From Squalus acanthias (taxonomy: Eukaryota): a DNA stretch of 64,000 nucleotides. The notes beneath the pieces were generated by a model. That model had not been told where the DNA came from, made no database searches, and saw only the letters and a program-made list of their open reading frames with translations. This document shows, one piece after another, positions 38,855 to 50,428 of this stretch. Position 1 is the first letter of the stretch, and each line of letters begins with the position of its first letter. The stretch lies in contig CM059432.1 in NCBI GenBank assembly GCA_030390025.1, forward strand, positions 131,318,001 to 131,382,000, given 5' to 3'. Made by a program: the position numbers and the translations under genes.

Positions 38855-39625
38855 GGCCGGAATTTTCCCCTAAAAAAACGGGTGAGTTAGGAGCGTGGGG
38901 GCAGTTAAAGTGTTAAAAATGGGATTCCCGACCTGATCCCACCTCTAACCTGCCCACTTCCGGTTTTAACAGAGGCGGGGTGGGGGCGGAACGTCAATTT
39001 AAATATCATAATGAGGCTGGAAGCCTCTTTTTTAACCATCATTTTGAATTTAACTGCACGTGGACAGCTTTCACACAATTCGTGAAACCCCGCAGTTAAA
39101 GCAAGGCGAGGACTGCTGGATCCAGGAGGTAAGTGGTTTTATACCTATTTCCTGGATCCAGGGTACCTAACTAACCCACCCCCCGCAATCGGAGACCTTC
39201 CACGAAGCCTTTGATCACTTTCCCAGGCCTCCCCGCTAGGCCTCCGATCCCCACCATGTGGCCTCCGCCACCTCCACCCACCGATGATGCTGAGGTCGGC
39301 CACAATGCCGGCACTGATCCTCTCTCCCCCCTGCCGATCCCCAATCCCCGCTCCCCAGGTCCCCGAACCCCCTGATCTCCAGCTGACACCCCCCCCTTCC
39401 CCCGGTCGATCACCAGCCAACCCCCACCCCCCCCACCCACCGCCGATCCCCGGCCGACCACCGCCCCCCTCCCCCCGCCAATGCGCCGGCTGGCTGCGGG
39501 AGGGAATCCGAGGCCTCACATGCAAATCAGGCCCTGCCATTAAAGTCGGCAGGGCCTGCAGGGAAACCCGGCCTCCCTGGTTTCCCGACCACCCCCAACC
39601 CCACTCCCTTGAGAAAATTCCGCTC
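38855..39625. mobile_element. GC-rich Harbinger-type MITE
   Basis: Ends GGCCGGAATTTT / AAAATTCCGCTC; homologous to 18530-19293. Confidence 0.75.
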
Positions 39626-39731
39626 CACATGTTCACAACCAGAGGGGAGGGCCGATGCCAGACAAGTCCCGTTGAGCACCTGGGACCAGGGACTTCTTCA
39701 CCCAATCAGTGTTTATTGATTACTAAGACAG

Positions 39732-41670
39732 GCATAGAAGCATAGAAGCATAGAAGATAGGAGCAGGAGTAGGCCATTCGGCCCCTCGAGCCTGCTCCGC
39801 CATTTAATGAGATCATGGATGATCATCCAAATTCAGTACCCTGTCCCTGCTTTCTCCCCATATCCCTTGATCCCTTTAGCCTTAAGAAATATATCTATCT
39901 CCTTCTTGAATATATTTAATGAATTGGCCTCAACTGCCTTCTGTGGTAGAGAATTCCACAGGTTCACCACTCTCTGGGTGAAGAAATTCCTCCTCATCTC
40001 AGTCCTAAATGGCTTACCCCTTATCCTTAGGCTGTGACCTCTGGTTCTGGACTCCCCCGCCATCGGGAACATCCTTCCTGCATCTAGTCTGTCTAGTCCT
40101 GTTAGAATTTTATAAGTTTCAATGAGATCCCCTCTCATTCTTCGAAACTCTAGCGAATATAAGCCTAATCAACCCAATCTCTCTTCATACGTCATTCCTG
40201 CCATCCCAGGTATCAGTCTGGTAAATCTTCACTGCACTCCCTCCATGGCAAGAACATCCTTCCTCAGATAAGGCGACCAAAACTGCACACAATACTCAAG
40301 GTGTGGTCTCACCAAGGCCCTGTACAACTGCAGCAAGACAGCCTTGCTCCTGTACTCGAATCCTCTCGCTATGAAGGCCAACATACCATTTGCCTTCTTA
40401 ACCGCCTGCTGCACCTGCATGCTTACCTTCAGCGACTGGTGCACAAGGACACCCAGGTCTCGTTGCACTTCCTCTTTTTCCCAATCTATTGCCGTTCAGA
40501 TAATAATCTGCCTTCCTGTTTTTGCCACCAAAGTGGATAACCTCGCATTTATCCACATTATACTGCATCTGCCATGCATCTGCCCAATCACCCAACCTGT
40601 CCAAATCATACTGGAGTTTCTCTGCATCCTCCTCACAGCACACACGCCCACCCAGCTTTGTGTCGTCTAAACTTAGAGATATTGGGCCAAAAATTCGGCC
40701 CTTCCCGGGTAAGTACGCACTGTGTACTCACCCTGTAAGGCGTCCTGAAGTGCCGGTTTCCTGCATGCACTGCGCATGCGCGGGAAACCGGAACTTCCGG
40801 TCTGGTGAAGGGAGCGGTTCAGAGGTGAACTGCGTGACTGGTAGAGGCTGCGCACACGCAGCAAACTTAGGTTTTTTTCAGGTTTCTACGGGAGGGTAAG
40901 TATTGAAGAACCTACGCTTTTAAAAAGGAGGCGCAGGACCCGTTTTCAACAAGGTAAGTGGTTAATTAATTATAATTTTAAAAAAATTTCAACAGGTTTA
41001 TCTTTTTTAGATACTTTAAAGAAAGGTAAGTTTATTTTTAGCACTCTTAAAAAGTATTTTAATTTTTTCAAAAATTTAAATTTTTGTTTAAAGTAGTTAA
41101 TTTATTTAACTTATAGTTATTTTATAAATGTGATGGGTTTTTAAAAAATTTATTTTAAGTTTAGCTGTTCTTTTGGGGCTGATTTCAATTCATAGATTTG
41201 ACAGGTCTTCCTGTCAAATCTATGAATGAAAGATGGTCTGCTGCCATTGGCTCTCCATGGCCCACGTGATCCCAGGGGACGCATCACACTAACTGCGCCC
41301 CTGGGACACGCAAGCACTGCGCGCCGGCACTTGGAGCAGGCCCAGGAGCTGAAGTTCCCGTGGGCCCAGAGGTCTACGGTAGGCGCGGTAGGTAAGTGCG
41401 CGCGCGATCCTTACCCCCGCGGCAAGCCGGAGAGGCGGATTTCAGGGCCATTACATCTAGTTCCCTCGTCTAGATCATTAATATATATTGTGAATAACTG
41501 GGGTCCTAGCACCGATCCCTGCGGTACCCCACTAGTCACTGCCTGCCACTCGGAAAAAGACCCGTTTATTCCAACTCTTTGCTTCCTGTCTGACAACCAG
41601 TTCTCTATCCAAATCAGTACCTTACCCCCAATCCCATGTGCTTTAACTTTGCACACTAATCTCTTATGCT
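39732..41670 (-). mobile_element. CR1 LINE fragment split by the MITE at 40684-41449
   Basis: [21 protein letters not shown] at 41451-41670 continues across the MITE into the CR1 C-terminus and tail. Confidence 0.92.
40684..41449. mobile_element. Harbinger-type MITE with ATT TSD
   Basis: Imperfect TIRs GGGCCAAAAATTCG / CGGATTTCAGGGCC. TSD ATT. Removing it restores the CR1 sequence. Confidence 0.88.
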
Positions 41671-43107
41671 CAACAGCTGCCATGTGAGAGAAAAAAAAAT
41701 GATAGGAGCAGAGGTTATGATCTGAAATTGTTGAACTCAATGTTGAGTCCAGAAGGCTGTAAAATGCCTAATCGAAAGATGAGGTGCTGTTCCTCGAGCT
41801 TACGTTGAGCTTCATTGGAACAGTGTAAGAGGCTGAGGACAGAGAGGTCAGAGTGGGAGTGGAGCAGAGAATTAAAGTGACAGGCGACCGGAAGCTCGGG
41901 ATCACCCTTACGGACTGAATGGAGGTGTTCCGCAAAGTGGTCACCCAATCTGCGTTTGGTCTCCCCAATGTAGAGGAGACCGCATCGTGAGCAGCGAATA
42001 CAGTATACTAAATTGCAAGAAGTACAAGTAAATCGCTGTTTCACCTGGAAGGAGTGTTTGGGGCCCTGGACAGTGGGAAAGGAGGAGGTAAAAGGGCAGG
42101 TATTGCATCTCCTGCGCTGGCACAGGAAGGTGCCGGGCGAAGGGGAAGGGGTGTTGGGGGTGATAGAGGAGTGGACCAGGGTGTTGCGGAGGGAGCGGTC
42201 CCTTCGGAATGCTGAAAGGGTAAGTGAGGGGAAGATGTGTTTGGTGGTGGGATCACGCTGGAGGTGGCGGAAATAGCGGAGGATGATCCGTTGAATGTGG
42301 AGGCTGGTGGGGTGAAAGGTGAGGACAAGGGGAACCCTATTGTGGTTCCGGGAGGGAGGGGGAAGGGGTGAGAGCAGAAGTGCAGGAAATAGAACGGACA
42401 CAATCAAGGGCCGTGTCAACCACAGTAGAGGGGAATCCTCGGTTGAGGAAAAAGGAAGACATATCGGAGGCACTAGTATGGAAGGTGGCATCGTCAGAGC
42501 AGATGCGGCGGAGACAGGGAAACTGGGAGAATGGAATAGAGTCCTTACAGGAAGCGGGGTGGAAGTGTAGCCCAGGTAGCTGTGGGAGTCAGTGGGCTTA
42601 TAGTGAATGTTTGTCAATAACCTATCCCCAGAGATGGAGAGAGAGAAGTCGAGGAAGGAAAGGGAAGAGTCGGAGATGCACCATGTGAAGGTGAGGGAAG
42701 GGTGGAAATTGGAAGCAATCAGACCATCTCTCTCACATGGCAGCTGTTGATGATTCTGCCATTGCCATTTGCACTTCATCTAGAGTCATCTTTTGTTTCT
42801 TAACTTGACCCATTACCATCGCCTTTTGCCTTGCACCATCATCCCTTTTGTCTCTTAATCTCTCCTGCCTTCCATCCTATCACAGACCTTCCCTTTTGTT
42901 GTTTCCTCCCCTCCCCCCTTTCCCTGCCCCTACACTTGCTTAAAAACCTGTTACATCTCCAACTTTTTCCAGTTCTGACGAAGGGTCATTGACCTGAAAC
43001 GTTAACTCTGTTTCTCTCTCTACAGATGCTGCCTGACCTGCTGAGTATTTCCAGCATTTTCTGTTTTTATTTCAGATTTCCAGCATCCGCAGTATTTTGC
43101 TTTTGTA
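41671..43107. mobile_element. Penelope-like element with inverted structure (ORF on minus 41715-42720; pLTR on plus 42727-43107)
   Basis: GIY-YIG motif VYCIRCSRCGLLYIGETKRRLGDHFAEH. TCTCTCACATGGCAGCTGTTG is present inverted at 41671-41691 and 42729-42749. Confidence 0.92.
42971..43007 (+). ncRNA. Minimal hammerhead ribozyme motif, intact core
   Basis: AGTT-CTGACGA-A-GGGTC-att-GACCT-GAAA-CGTT-AACT. Confidence 0.75.
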
Positions 43108-43385
43108 TCAGGTAATATACACATGGGTTTGCCAAAATGAACATGCCAGTGCTTGAATCTGCGCAAATTTAAAATGTAAATAAAATATATCATTCCAGTT
43201 CTTATAAGGGGCGAAGTCATTACTTTGTAATAATTTATATTAGCCAAACAAGGTCTTGGTAATCAACCGAAAAGTTATTACCTTACCGTTATCAACAGTT
43301 AATCCTGCGGCATCAACATGGTTAGGCTTCAGCAGCATGACTGCGCCGTGCAGTCAGCGTACGCACCGAGAGCTGAGAGCACACT

Positions 43386-44160
43386 TGTAAGAATACGCCA
43401 TTTGCTTTAAATATTGCTGTAACTTGACCAAAACTGAAAACAAACTTGACCACATTTTGATATACCAGCATGCTTCGGGAAGTTGAGGGGCTCCTGTGAG
43501 AATTTGTGCGAAAACTGTTCACAGATAAAGACGACCTTGGGCAAGAACAGAACTTTGCTAAACGAATTGTTACGGCTGTATGCTGTGAAAGGCTGCCAGC
43601 TGCCTTTTACCAAGAGAAGGAAAGCATGCTTTGAGAGTCCTGTGGGAACAGACTATTGAACTGTGGAAACATCTTCAGACTTTGGAATGTAATCTTGAAG
43701 GCCCATGGATGCCTAATGGACTAGTGATAAGAGGGTCCGAGAAACAACTGACGACCATTATGCCGTATAGTTGGGGACACGTACGCAGTGGGAGGGTTGC
43801 CAAATTTTGGGGTGTAACAGGTGCTGTTTCAAGACACTCAGGGCAGCAGTCGGGAGGGGCGACCTGGCCAGGTGCCAGAAATCATACGTCTAGTCACAGC
43901 CGAATTGACCACTCGTTGGTGTTAGTATATACGTGGTTTGGTTTTGCTTGAGCTTAAAGTAAAGGGATAGCTCTGTGTATGTTTAGGTATAATTGGGAAT
44001 TATTATACGTTACAAGACTATCGGATGACTTGTAATCTCTTGCTGATGCTTAAGTAGAAGAAATTTTCACAGATTCATTGGGTTTTGTGTTGTCTGTTCG
44101 ACGGGTCTGAACTTTGGAAACTGTTTGACGGGGCGAGGGGCCATTTCCGCACGTCTTACA
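43386..44160. mobile_element. Probable solo LTR (775 bp)
   Basis: Termini TGTAAGA...TCTTACA (TG..CA, 7-bp inverted). Flanks CACT / CTCT form a 4-bp TSD with one mismatch. Confidence 0.55.
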
Positions 44161-44373
44161 CTCTCAAACTCATATTTTTCTTTATGCATAAATACCCAAT
44201 CAGTAAATCACCATTACTAATGCGATCCAATGATAAGCAGAAATGAAGCACAATTCCAGTGGATCATTACAATGTTTTCCTCTTCCAAGCTAAGAGTGTT
44301 GTTAGTATATAGCACGCCATCTGAGAAATAAAAAAATGCACAAAACTTAATTAACAAATATAATTTTTCTTAC

Positions 44374-45201
44374 TTTTAAGGACTGGACTTGCTGTTCCAA
44401 TTTATTTTTTTCCGTTTTGATCTCAGCTAAGTTCACAAGTGCCGCTTCTATCTTTGTCTCCAGTTTGGCTATTACAGTTAGCATTTGTTCGTTTTCTGCT
44501 GCCGTACTATTTAAATTTGTTTGCAGATCAACACACTGGTTTGCTAAGCTTTTGTTCTCACAAACCACACATTTGTGATGTTCCTGTATTTGACTGTAAT
44601 CAGCATTCAGCTTTCCAATTTGTAAGTGAAGATTCCTGTTGGCATTCTCTATTTCTGTGAGCTGCCACTGAATTTTTTCCAATTTAATCCTAAACGTCTC
44701 CGCAGTATCTTCAATTGTGCCTTTTGCCAGCATCATCTTCTGGTTATATTCTTGCATTTCTTTTGTGGCATTTTCCAAATTTTTCAAACTTATGACCAAC
44801 TGTTCTTTTTTTGATGTATTTTTGTCCACAAATTCTGTTTCGGAACTGTCGCATTTGAGACTTGTGACCTGGTGCCGAAGAGACTCATTTTGTTGCTCAG
44901 CGTCCTTTTCTAGATCTGGCACCTTCTCATCCAGGCACCTATTCCCTTCTTGCGGTTTCACAGTCTGAACATGGTCACTCAGGCAAGACACGTTACCCAT
45001 TGAGTGTCGTATTTCAGAGTGGCCACTGGTTCTTTCACACTGTGCATTCTCCACAGGCACCTTTAACAAATTGCTTTGTTGCTCGAACACTAAATTCTGA
45101 TCATCTTCGTAAACACTGGCCACAGATGATTCCTCCCCAGGAAAAACTAGAAGGCTCTCAGTGTCACCTTCACTAATATCATCATCCTGGAATCTTTCTA
45201 C
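44374..45201 (-). CDS. Host gene large coiled-coil exon C (VERFQDDD...KLEQQVQSLK)
   Basis: 828-nt open frame in non-repeat DNA with heptad E/K/Q/L-rich composition. Donor AAA|GTAAGA. The acceptor follows a polypyrimidine tract; an alternative in-frame CAG would start the exon at 45186. Confidence 0.9.
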
Positions 45202-45704
45202 CTTTTTTCAACAAAAAAGGAGAAAATACATTAGGACCATAATCAAAGTTTTTCCCTTAATTCCTTTAAAAAAAAAATTACTTACATATTTTCCTTTTAT
45301 AAGTGATCATGGATTCTGCTTCCTCGACTGTTTTTGATGGAACATCCTCCCTTTGTTCTTTTTGTGTTGATCTTAAATCTATGGTTACCAACTCACCATC
45401 CACTGGAAATAGTTTTCCCTATTTACTTTATCAAAGTTTTTCATAATCTTCAATACTTCTATCCAATTACTTAGTCTTTTCTGCTCTAATATCAAGAGCC
45501 CCAGTTTCTCTCATCTCTCTTGATAACTATAGCCTCTCATCTCTGGTATAATTTTAGTGAATCTCTTCTGTACCTCCACCAAGACCTTGAGATCCTACCT
45601 AAAGTAAAGCACCCAAAATGGGACACAATATTCTAACTGTGGGCTAACCAGTTAATCATTAATTTGTAAATGTTTAGCACTACCTCTTTGCCTTTAAACT
45701 CAAC

Positions 45705-46298
45705 GGGGGAAAAATTCGGTTGCTTTGCGCCTCCCGTTAGCACCCTAAGAGGGCACTAATGGGGTGCAAAGCAATTAGCGCCCGGGCGCGGCACCACCAA
45801 CGCCTCCCGTGAAATTCAGCAGGAGGTTAGCGGCGGCGGTATGTCCGACGGGGTCAGGGGGGCCTACCTGCGGCCAGGGCAGTGCTAATTAAAAGCGAGG
45901 TGCCGGGCGACCATTTTTGTTGCTGGCCGTCTGCCAGCACCTGTCCCCGCTGCCGTCCCCGGCCTCCTCAGCAGCCCCCCCCGCAGAGTGCCGGCTGCGC
46001 TCCGTGAGCCTGGCACTCCTCTTGAGCGCCGGGCTCTTTTGCCGGCACTCCGATCCCTGGTGGCCCAGCTGGGCCCGGGTCGCCCCTCCCCTTTAAGAAA
46101 GGAAGGCCTGCAGTACCGCGGTGCAACGTGCCACAGAGTGTGGCGCTGCGGCACATAGCGCCGTGGTATTCCCTCGCAGCGCCCCAAGAGGGAGGTGGGG
46201 CGCTTCCAGTAGTGCCCTGCTTCCCTCTTGGGGCGCTACCGATGAATTTTGGCCATGAGGGTGCTAATTTTTTCGGGGCGCGACTCAAATTTCCCCCC
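45705..46298. mobile_element. CpG-rich Harbinger-type MITE with AAC TSD, inserted in an old CR1 (about 45370-46450)
   Basis: Ends GGGGGAAAAATT / AAATTTCCCCCC; AAC on both flanks. Confidence 0.85.
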
Positions 46299-46449
46299 AA
46301 CGTCTCTATTTATAAAAGTTAAGATCCCATATGCTTTTTTTTGAAACACAACTTTATCAACTCCCACTTTTAAAGATGTGTATCTGAACCACAAAGTCTG
46401 TGTGCTCCTCAACTACTTTTAAAGTTTTACCATTTAATGTAATTGTCCA

Positions 46450-46812
46450 GTCTTTAAAATTATGAAGGGGTTCGATAGGGTAGACATAGAGAAGATGTTG
46501 CCATTGTGAGGGGGAGTCCAAAACTAGGGGGCCATCAATACGAGATAGTCACTAATAAATTCAATAAAGAAGTCAGGAGAAATTTCTTTACTCAGAGAGA
46601 GATGAGAATGTGGAACTTGCTAGCACAAGGAGTGGTTGAGACAAATAACATTTATGCCTTTAAGGGGAAGATCGGTAAGTGCATGAGGGAGAAAGGAATA
46701 GAAGAATATGGTGATAGGGTGAGATGAAGCAAGGTGGGAAGAGGCCCGTGGCAGCATGGACCAATTGGGCTGAATGGCCTGTTTCTGCGATGTAAATGCT
46801 ATGTAATTCTAT
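46450..46812 (+). mobile_element. CR1 3' fragment; other short CR1 tails at about 8855-8980, 9238-9360, 35580-35762, 49181-49392 and 54498-54785
   Basis: RRNFFTQR...WNLL motif and the CR1 3' UTR stem GGGCYGAATGGCCT. Confidence 0.85.
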
Positions 46813-46999
46813 ATAGTGTAGAAGGGACTTTGTGTATACTATATTTTATACAGGCAACAAGATATACATTAGTGCAGCAGTTTCATCATACATTGGGAGA
46901 GAAAATTATAAACTGAATATGCATACATTTTTGTTTATTGTTGCCATAATTGTTTGATGAAAAGAAAATAAGGAAAAACAATTTTAATGAACCTCTTAC

Positions 47000-47209
47000 T
47001 TCATTTTTAGGCATGTGGCACCATATCTGAAGCAACTTAGTTCGAAGTCCTTCTGTCAATAATTGGTTTGCCTGCATTAAAGCTTTAACGTGGTCAAGCT
47101 GTTTTGCCACGGTATCATGTTGCAGCTGCATCTGTGAATTTTCAGTGACCGCTGTATTATGCTCCTGTAGTCCTTTCTTCAGCTCATCTTCTTTGGGATT
47201 ACTTGTCTT
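47000..47209 (-). CDS. Host gene exon B (KTSNPKEDELKK...LLQIWCHMPKNE)
   Basis: Acceptor aattttattttAG and donor GAA|GTAAGA. 210 nt, phase 0-0, overlaps ORF 46886..47131. Confidence 0.8.
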
Positions 47210-47962
47210 CTAAAATAAAATTAAGTTGTTAACTGGTAGTCTATAATTACAGAGCATTGCTTAATTGAGGACTGGAAGCCACAATGTCCTTTAATCACTG
47301 GCACCTGGGTTTGCATCAGGCCCAGCCTGATTTTTATTCTCTCTGAGCTGTAAGCTTCTTACCCGAGATGACAAAGACAGGTTCACCCAGTTCCTACTGG
47401 ACAAAAAAGTCAAAAGCACAAAACTGTCCATAATTCAGCACTAAATTGGCAATAAAGTCACAATCTCACTCATTATTTTTTTTAATTAGTTTTAAAATCT
47501 GGAATTGTTCAATTTGGATAAAACCCATGAGACCCAAGGGGATTCTAATTAATGAAAACTTTGGAACTGATGCATTGATATGTTGAAAGTGCATTAGGAA
47601 CAAGTAAAAATATCAGTATTAGAATTGACTTGGCCTCTCAATTCTCTGTGTATGACTGCACTTGAAGGATTTTGAACTCTCTGTAATAGACATGTCAACT
47701 TTTTACCTCTCAGTCTTACTCAAGTAATTAATGTTGGTATGATGTTCATAGATTTAATAGTAAACCCCACTGAGGTGGGTTTGCAATCTGGCTTTTACGC
47801 ACTCATCGCAGTGTCATTGTGGGCAATATCTGATCTTGGTAGCGATGCTATAAGGTAGCAGTGATTTACAATTCAAACCACTGATAGGGGAATAGCTGAC
47901 TAAACAAAAATGATCTAAACACAAGGGGCTATATCCTGTAGTCTGCAGTTGTCAAAGATAAT

Positions 47963-48469
47963 GGCCTAGAAAGTCGATGTTGCAGCGCTGGAGTGCTGCG
48001 TGCGAGACCCATTTGTGTTAGTGCTGAAGCACTTTTACCATTTTTTTACATGCAGAAGGCAGTTCAGCTTTAAGAGCTGAAGATTGCCATTTCGGAATTA
48101 TTTTAATGTTTATTTTTTTTTCAGAAGGCAGTTGAGCTCTAAGGGCTAAATGACTATTTTTAAATGATTTTTATTTTTTTCATTTTGGAAGAATCCTTTT
48201 AAGGAATCGCCACTGCTTTCTAAAACGACAGGCTAGCTTTAAGACAACGCTGCCTCGCTCCAGGGATGCTACGGCCACGCTAAATGTGCCTCCTGCTGAG
48301 ACTACCACCCGAAACAGGGCGTTACACATAGTAGGTTTTGCGCTCGGATCATTTAAATCAGCAGGCAGCACCGGTGTTTTGATACTGCCTGCGCTCTTTT
48401 TGCGGGCGGCCGTTAACTCTGGCCCGCGGTGGCACCGCCCATTTTCGGGCATAATCCAATTTCTCGGCC
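47963..48469. mobile_element. Harbinger-type MITE with AAT TSD
   Basis: Ends GGCCTAGAAAGT / AATTTCTCGGCC; AAT on both flanks. Confidence 0.85.
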
Positions 48470-49675
48470 AATGTACAAGAACATAGCTGATCCAGCTCCA
48501 TTCATCTTAAGTAAGTAACAATTCTAATAGCCCAGCAGTTTTGTCTCCAAACATTTATACATAATCCTTATTGATTTTATCTGCACATGTTTGTAATACT
48601 GAAAAACTGATGGAATGGCTGCAATTGAGAAGTTTTATTTAAATAAAAAGGAATTTGCCAGCTTGACGAAAAGGAATCCTTTGGGAGGAAAGAAAATGTA
48701 CTGTGTGTATGTTGTGTTGCTCCAACAATTAGAAGATAGAGTCGGAGTGTAACAATTTGGTACAAACTACCTAACTGAAGAACAGTGATGATTATCTCAG
48801 CATTAATATGGAACTAAAGAACGTGCATTTATGACCTCAGGTTTCTTTGGCAGCTTTGCTACCAGGCAAGCCTCCAACCCTACCGTGTTGCAATAAAAAT
48901 AGGCTTGCAGTACCAAAGATGTCATTGGGCCGTGACTTCAACATTTCAATTCGGCCCCCGCCTGCCTGGAGTGGGCGCTTTGGCTGACTTGAAAGTTGGC
49001 AAAGATAAAATGCTGCACAAAGCGCTTCATAGCTTAATGAAGTACATATGAACCAATAGTGTTAAGTCTTAACGTAATAATAGACAGATTCTCCTCTCTC
49101 CGACTGACCTATTTCTCTCTCTGGGGTAACTTTAATAGAAAAGTAGATAGGAGTAAACTGAGTTAGTTCTTTCAGAATTAACATAAGAACATAAGAAATA
49201 GGAGCAGGAATAGGCCACTTGGCCCCTCGAGCCTGCTCCGTCATTCAATAAGATCATGGCTGATCTTGGGCTCAAAGCCACTTCCCCGCCCGCTCCCCAT
49301 AACCCTTCACTCCCTTATCTTGCAAAAATCTGTCTATCTCCACCTTAAATGTATTTAATGACTCAGCCTCCACAGCTCTCTGGGGCAGAGAACCAATGTC
49401 GACTGTTTTCCTCCGATGCTTAAAAGTGTTAAAGAAAATGAGGCAAAACTCCCCTCACCTCATTAGAGGTTGTTTTGGGTGGATCTGCAGGAAAACACAG
49501 AACTTCCCTCACCGTCAACGAACAAATGAAATTTGGCGGGTCTGTGATAAGTAATGTGGAGGAGGTGCTGAATGTCAAAGCTTTTGCACGGCACTGCTGG
49601 ACAATTTCAAACCATTACAGCATCGGCTCATCATTTGGCACCACCAGCACAAGAATCTAAGTATTCTCAGACACC

Positions 49676-50428
49676 GGGGTCCATTTTAAACCCCCCACCC
49701 AGGTGGGAACGACGCACGGGAGGGGTTAAAACCAGGCAAATCGATTTACCAGCCCCAGGTCGCTCTAATTCCACCCAGCAGCATTTCATCTTCGCCAACT
49801 TTGAAGTCAGCCAAGGCGCCCACTCCAGGCAGGCGCGGCCCGATGACATCTTTGGTACTGCGAGCCTGTTTTTATTGCAACACGATGGGGTGGAGGCTTG
49901 CCTGGTAGCCAAGCTGCCAAAGAAACCTGGCGAGAGGCAGCAGAGTTCATTTTTTTTTTTAGGGGATAATTTTAACCTAATCCGCCAGGCGAGAAACCCA
50001 TGAATCGGGTGGAACGTCGGTTTTACACCCTGCGCCCAATGTTGCTCTCCACCGACTTCAATGGAGACTAAAATCGAGTGGGTTGTAAAACCAGCGTTCC
50101 ACCCGATCCTGCCTGTTTCCCGATGGGTGGGTTAGGTCAAAATTGCCCCCCCCCCGAAGGATTCCTTGGGGGCCAAAAGCGGGAGGAGTAACTCCCCGCC
50201 CCCTCCGCCCCAGCACTTACCTTATGCCAGGGACCATTCCCATGGATCCCTCACGGCATCCAGCTCCCACCCCAATTACCACTCCCGCCTGCAGGCCTCA
50301 ACTTAATGTTAAGTTGAGGCCTGCAGTTAAAAATCAGCCAAGCTTCGCTTCCTTCCTGACTTCTGAGTTTGCTGCCCGCTTCGAGTCCCTACCCCTCACA
50401 ATCCCATCCCCGAGTTAAAATCGACCCC
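49676..50428. mobile_element. MITE containing a nested palindromic MITE (49962-50149)
   Basis: Outer ends GGGGTCCATTTTAA / TTAAAATCGACCCC. Inner ends GGGGATAATTTTAACCTAA / TTAGGTCAAAATTGCCCC. Confidence 0.75.
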
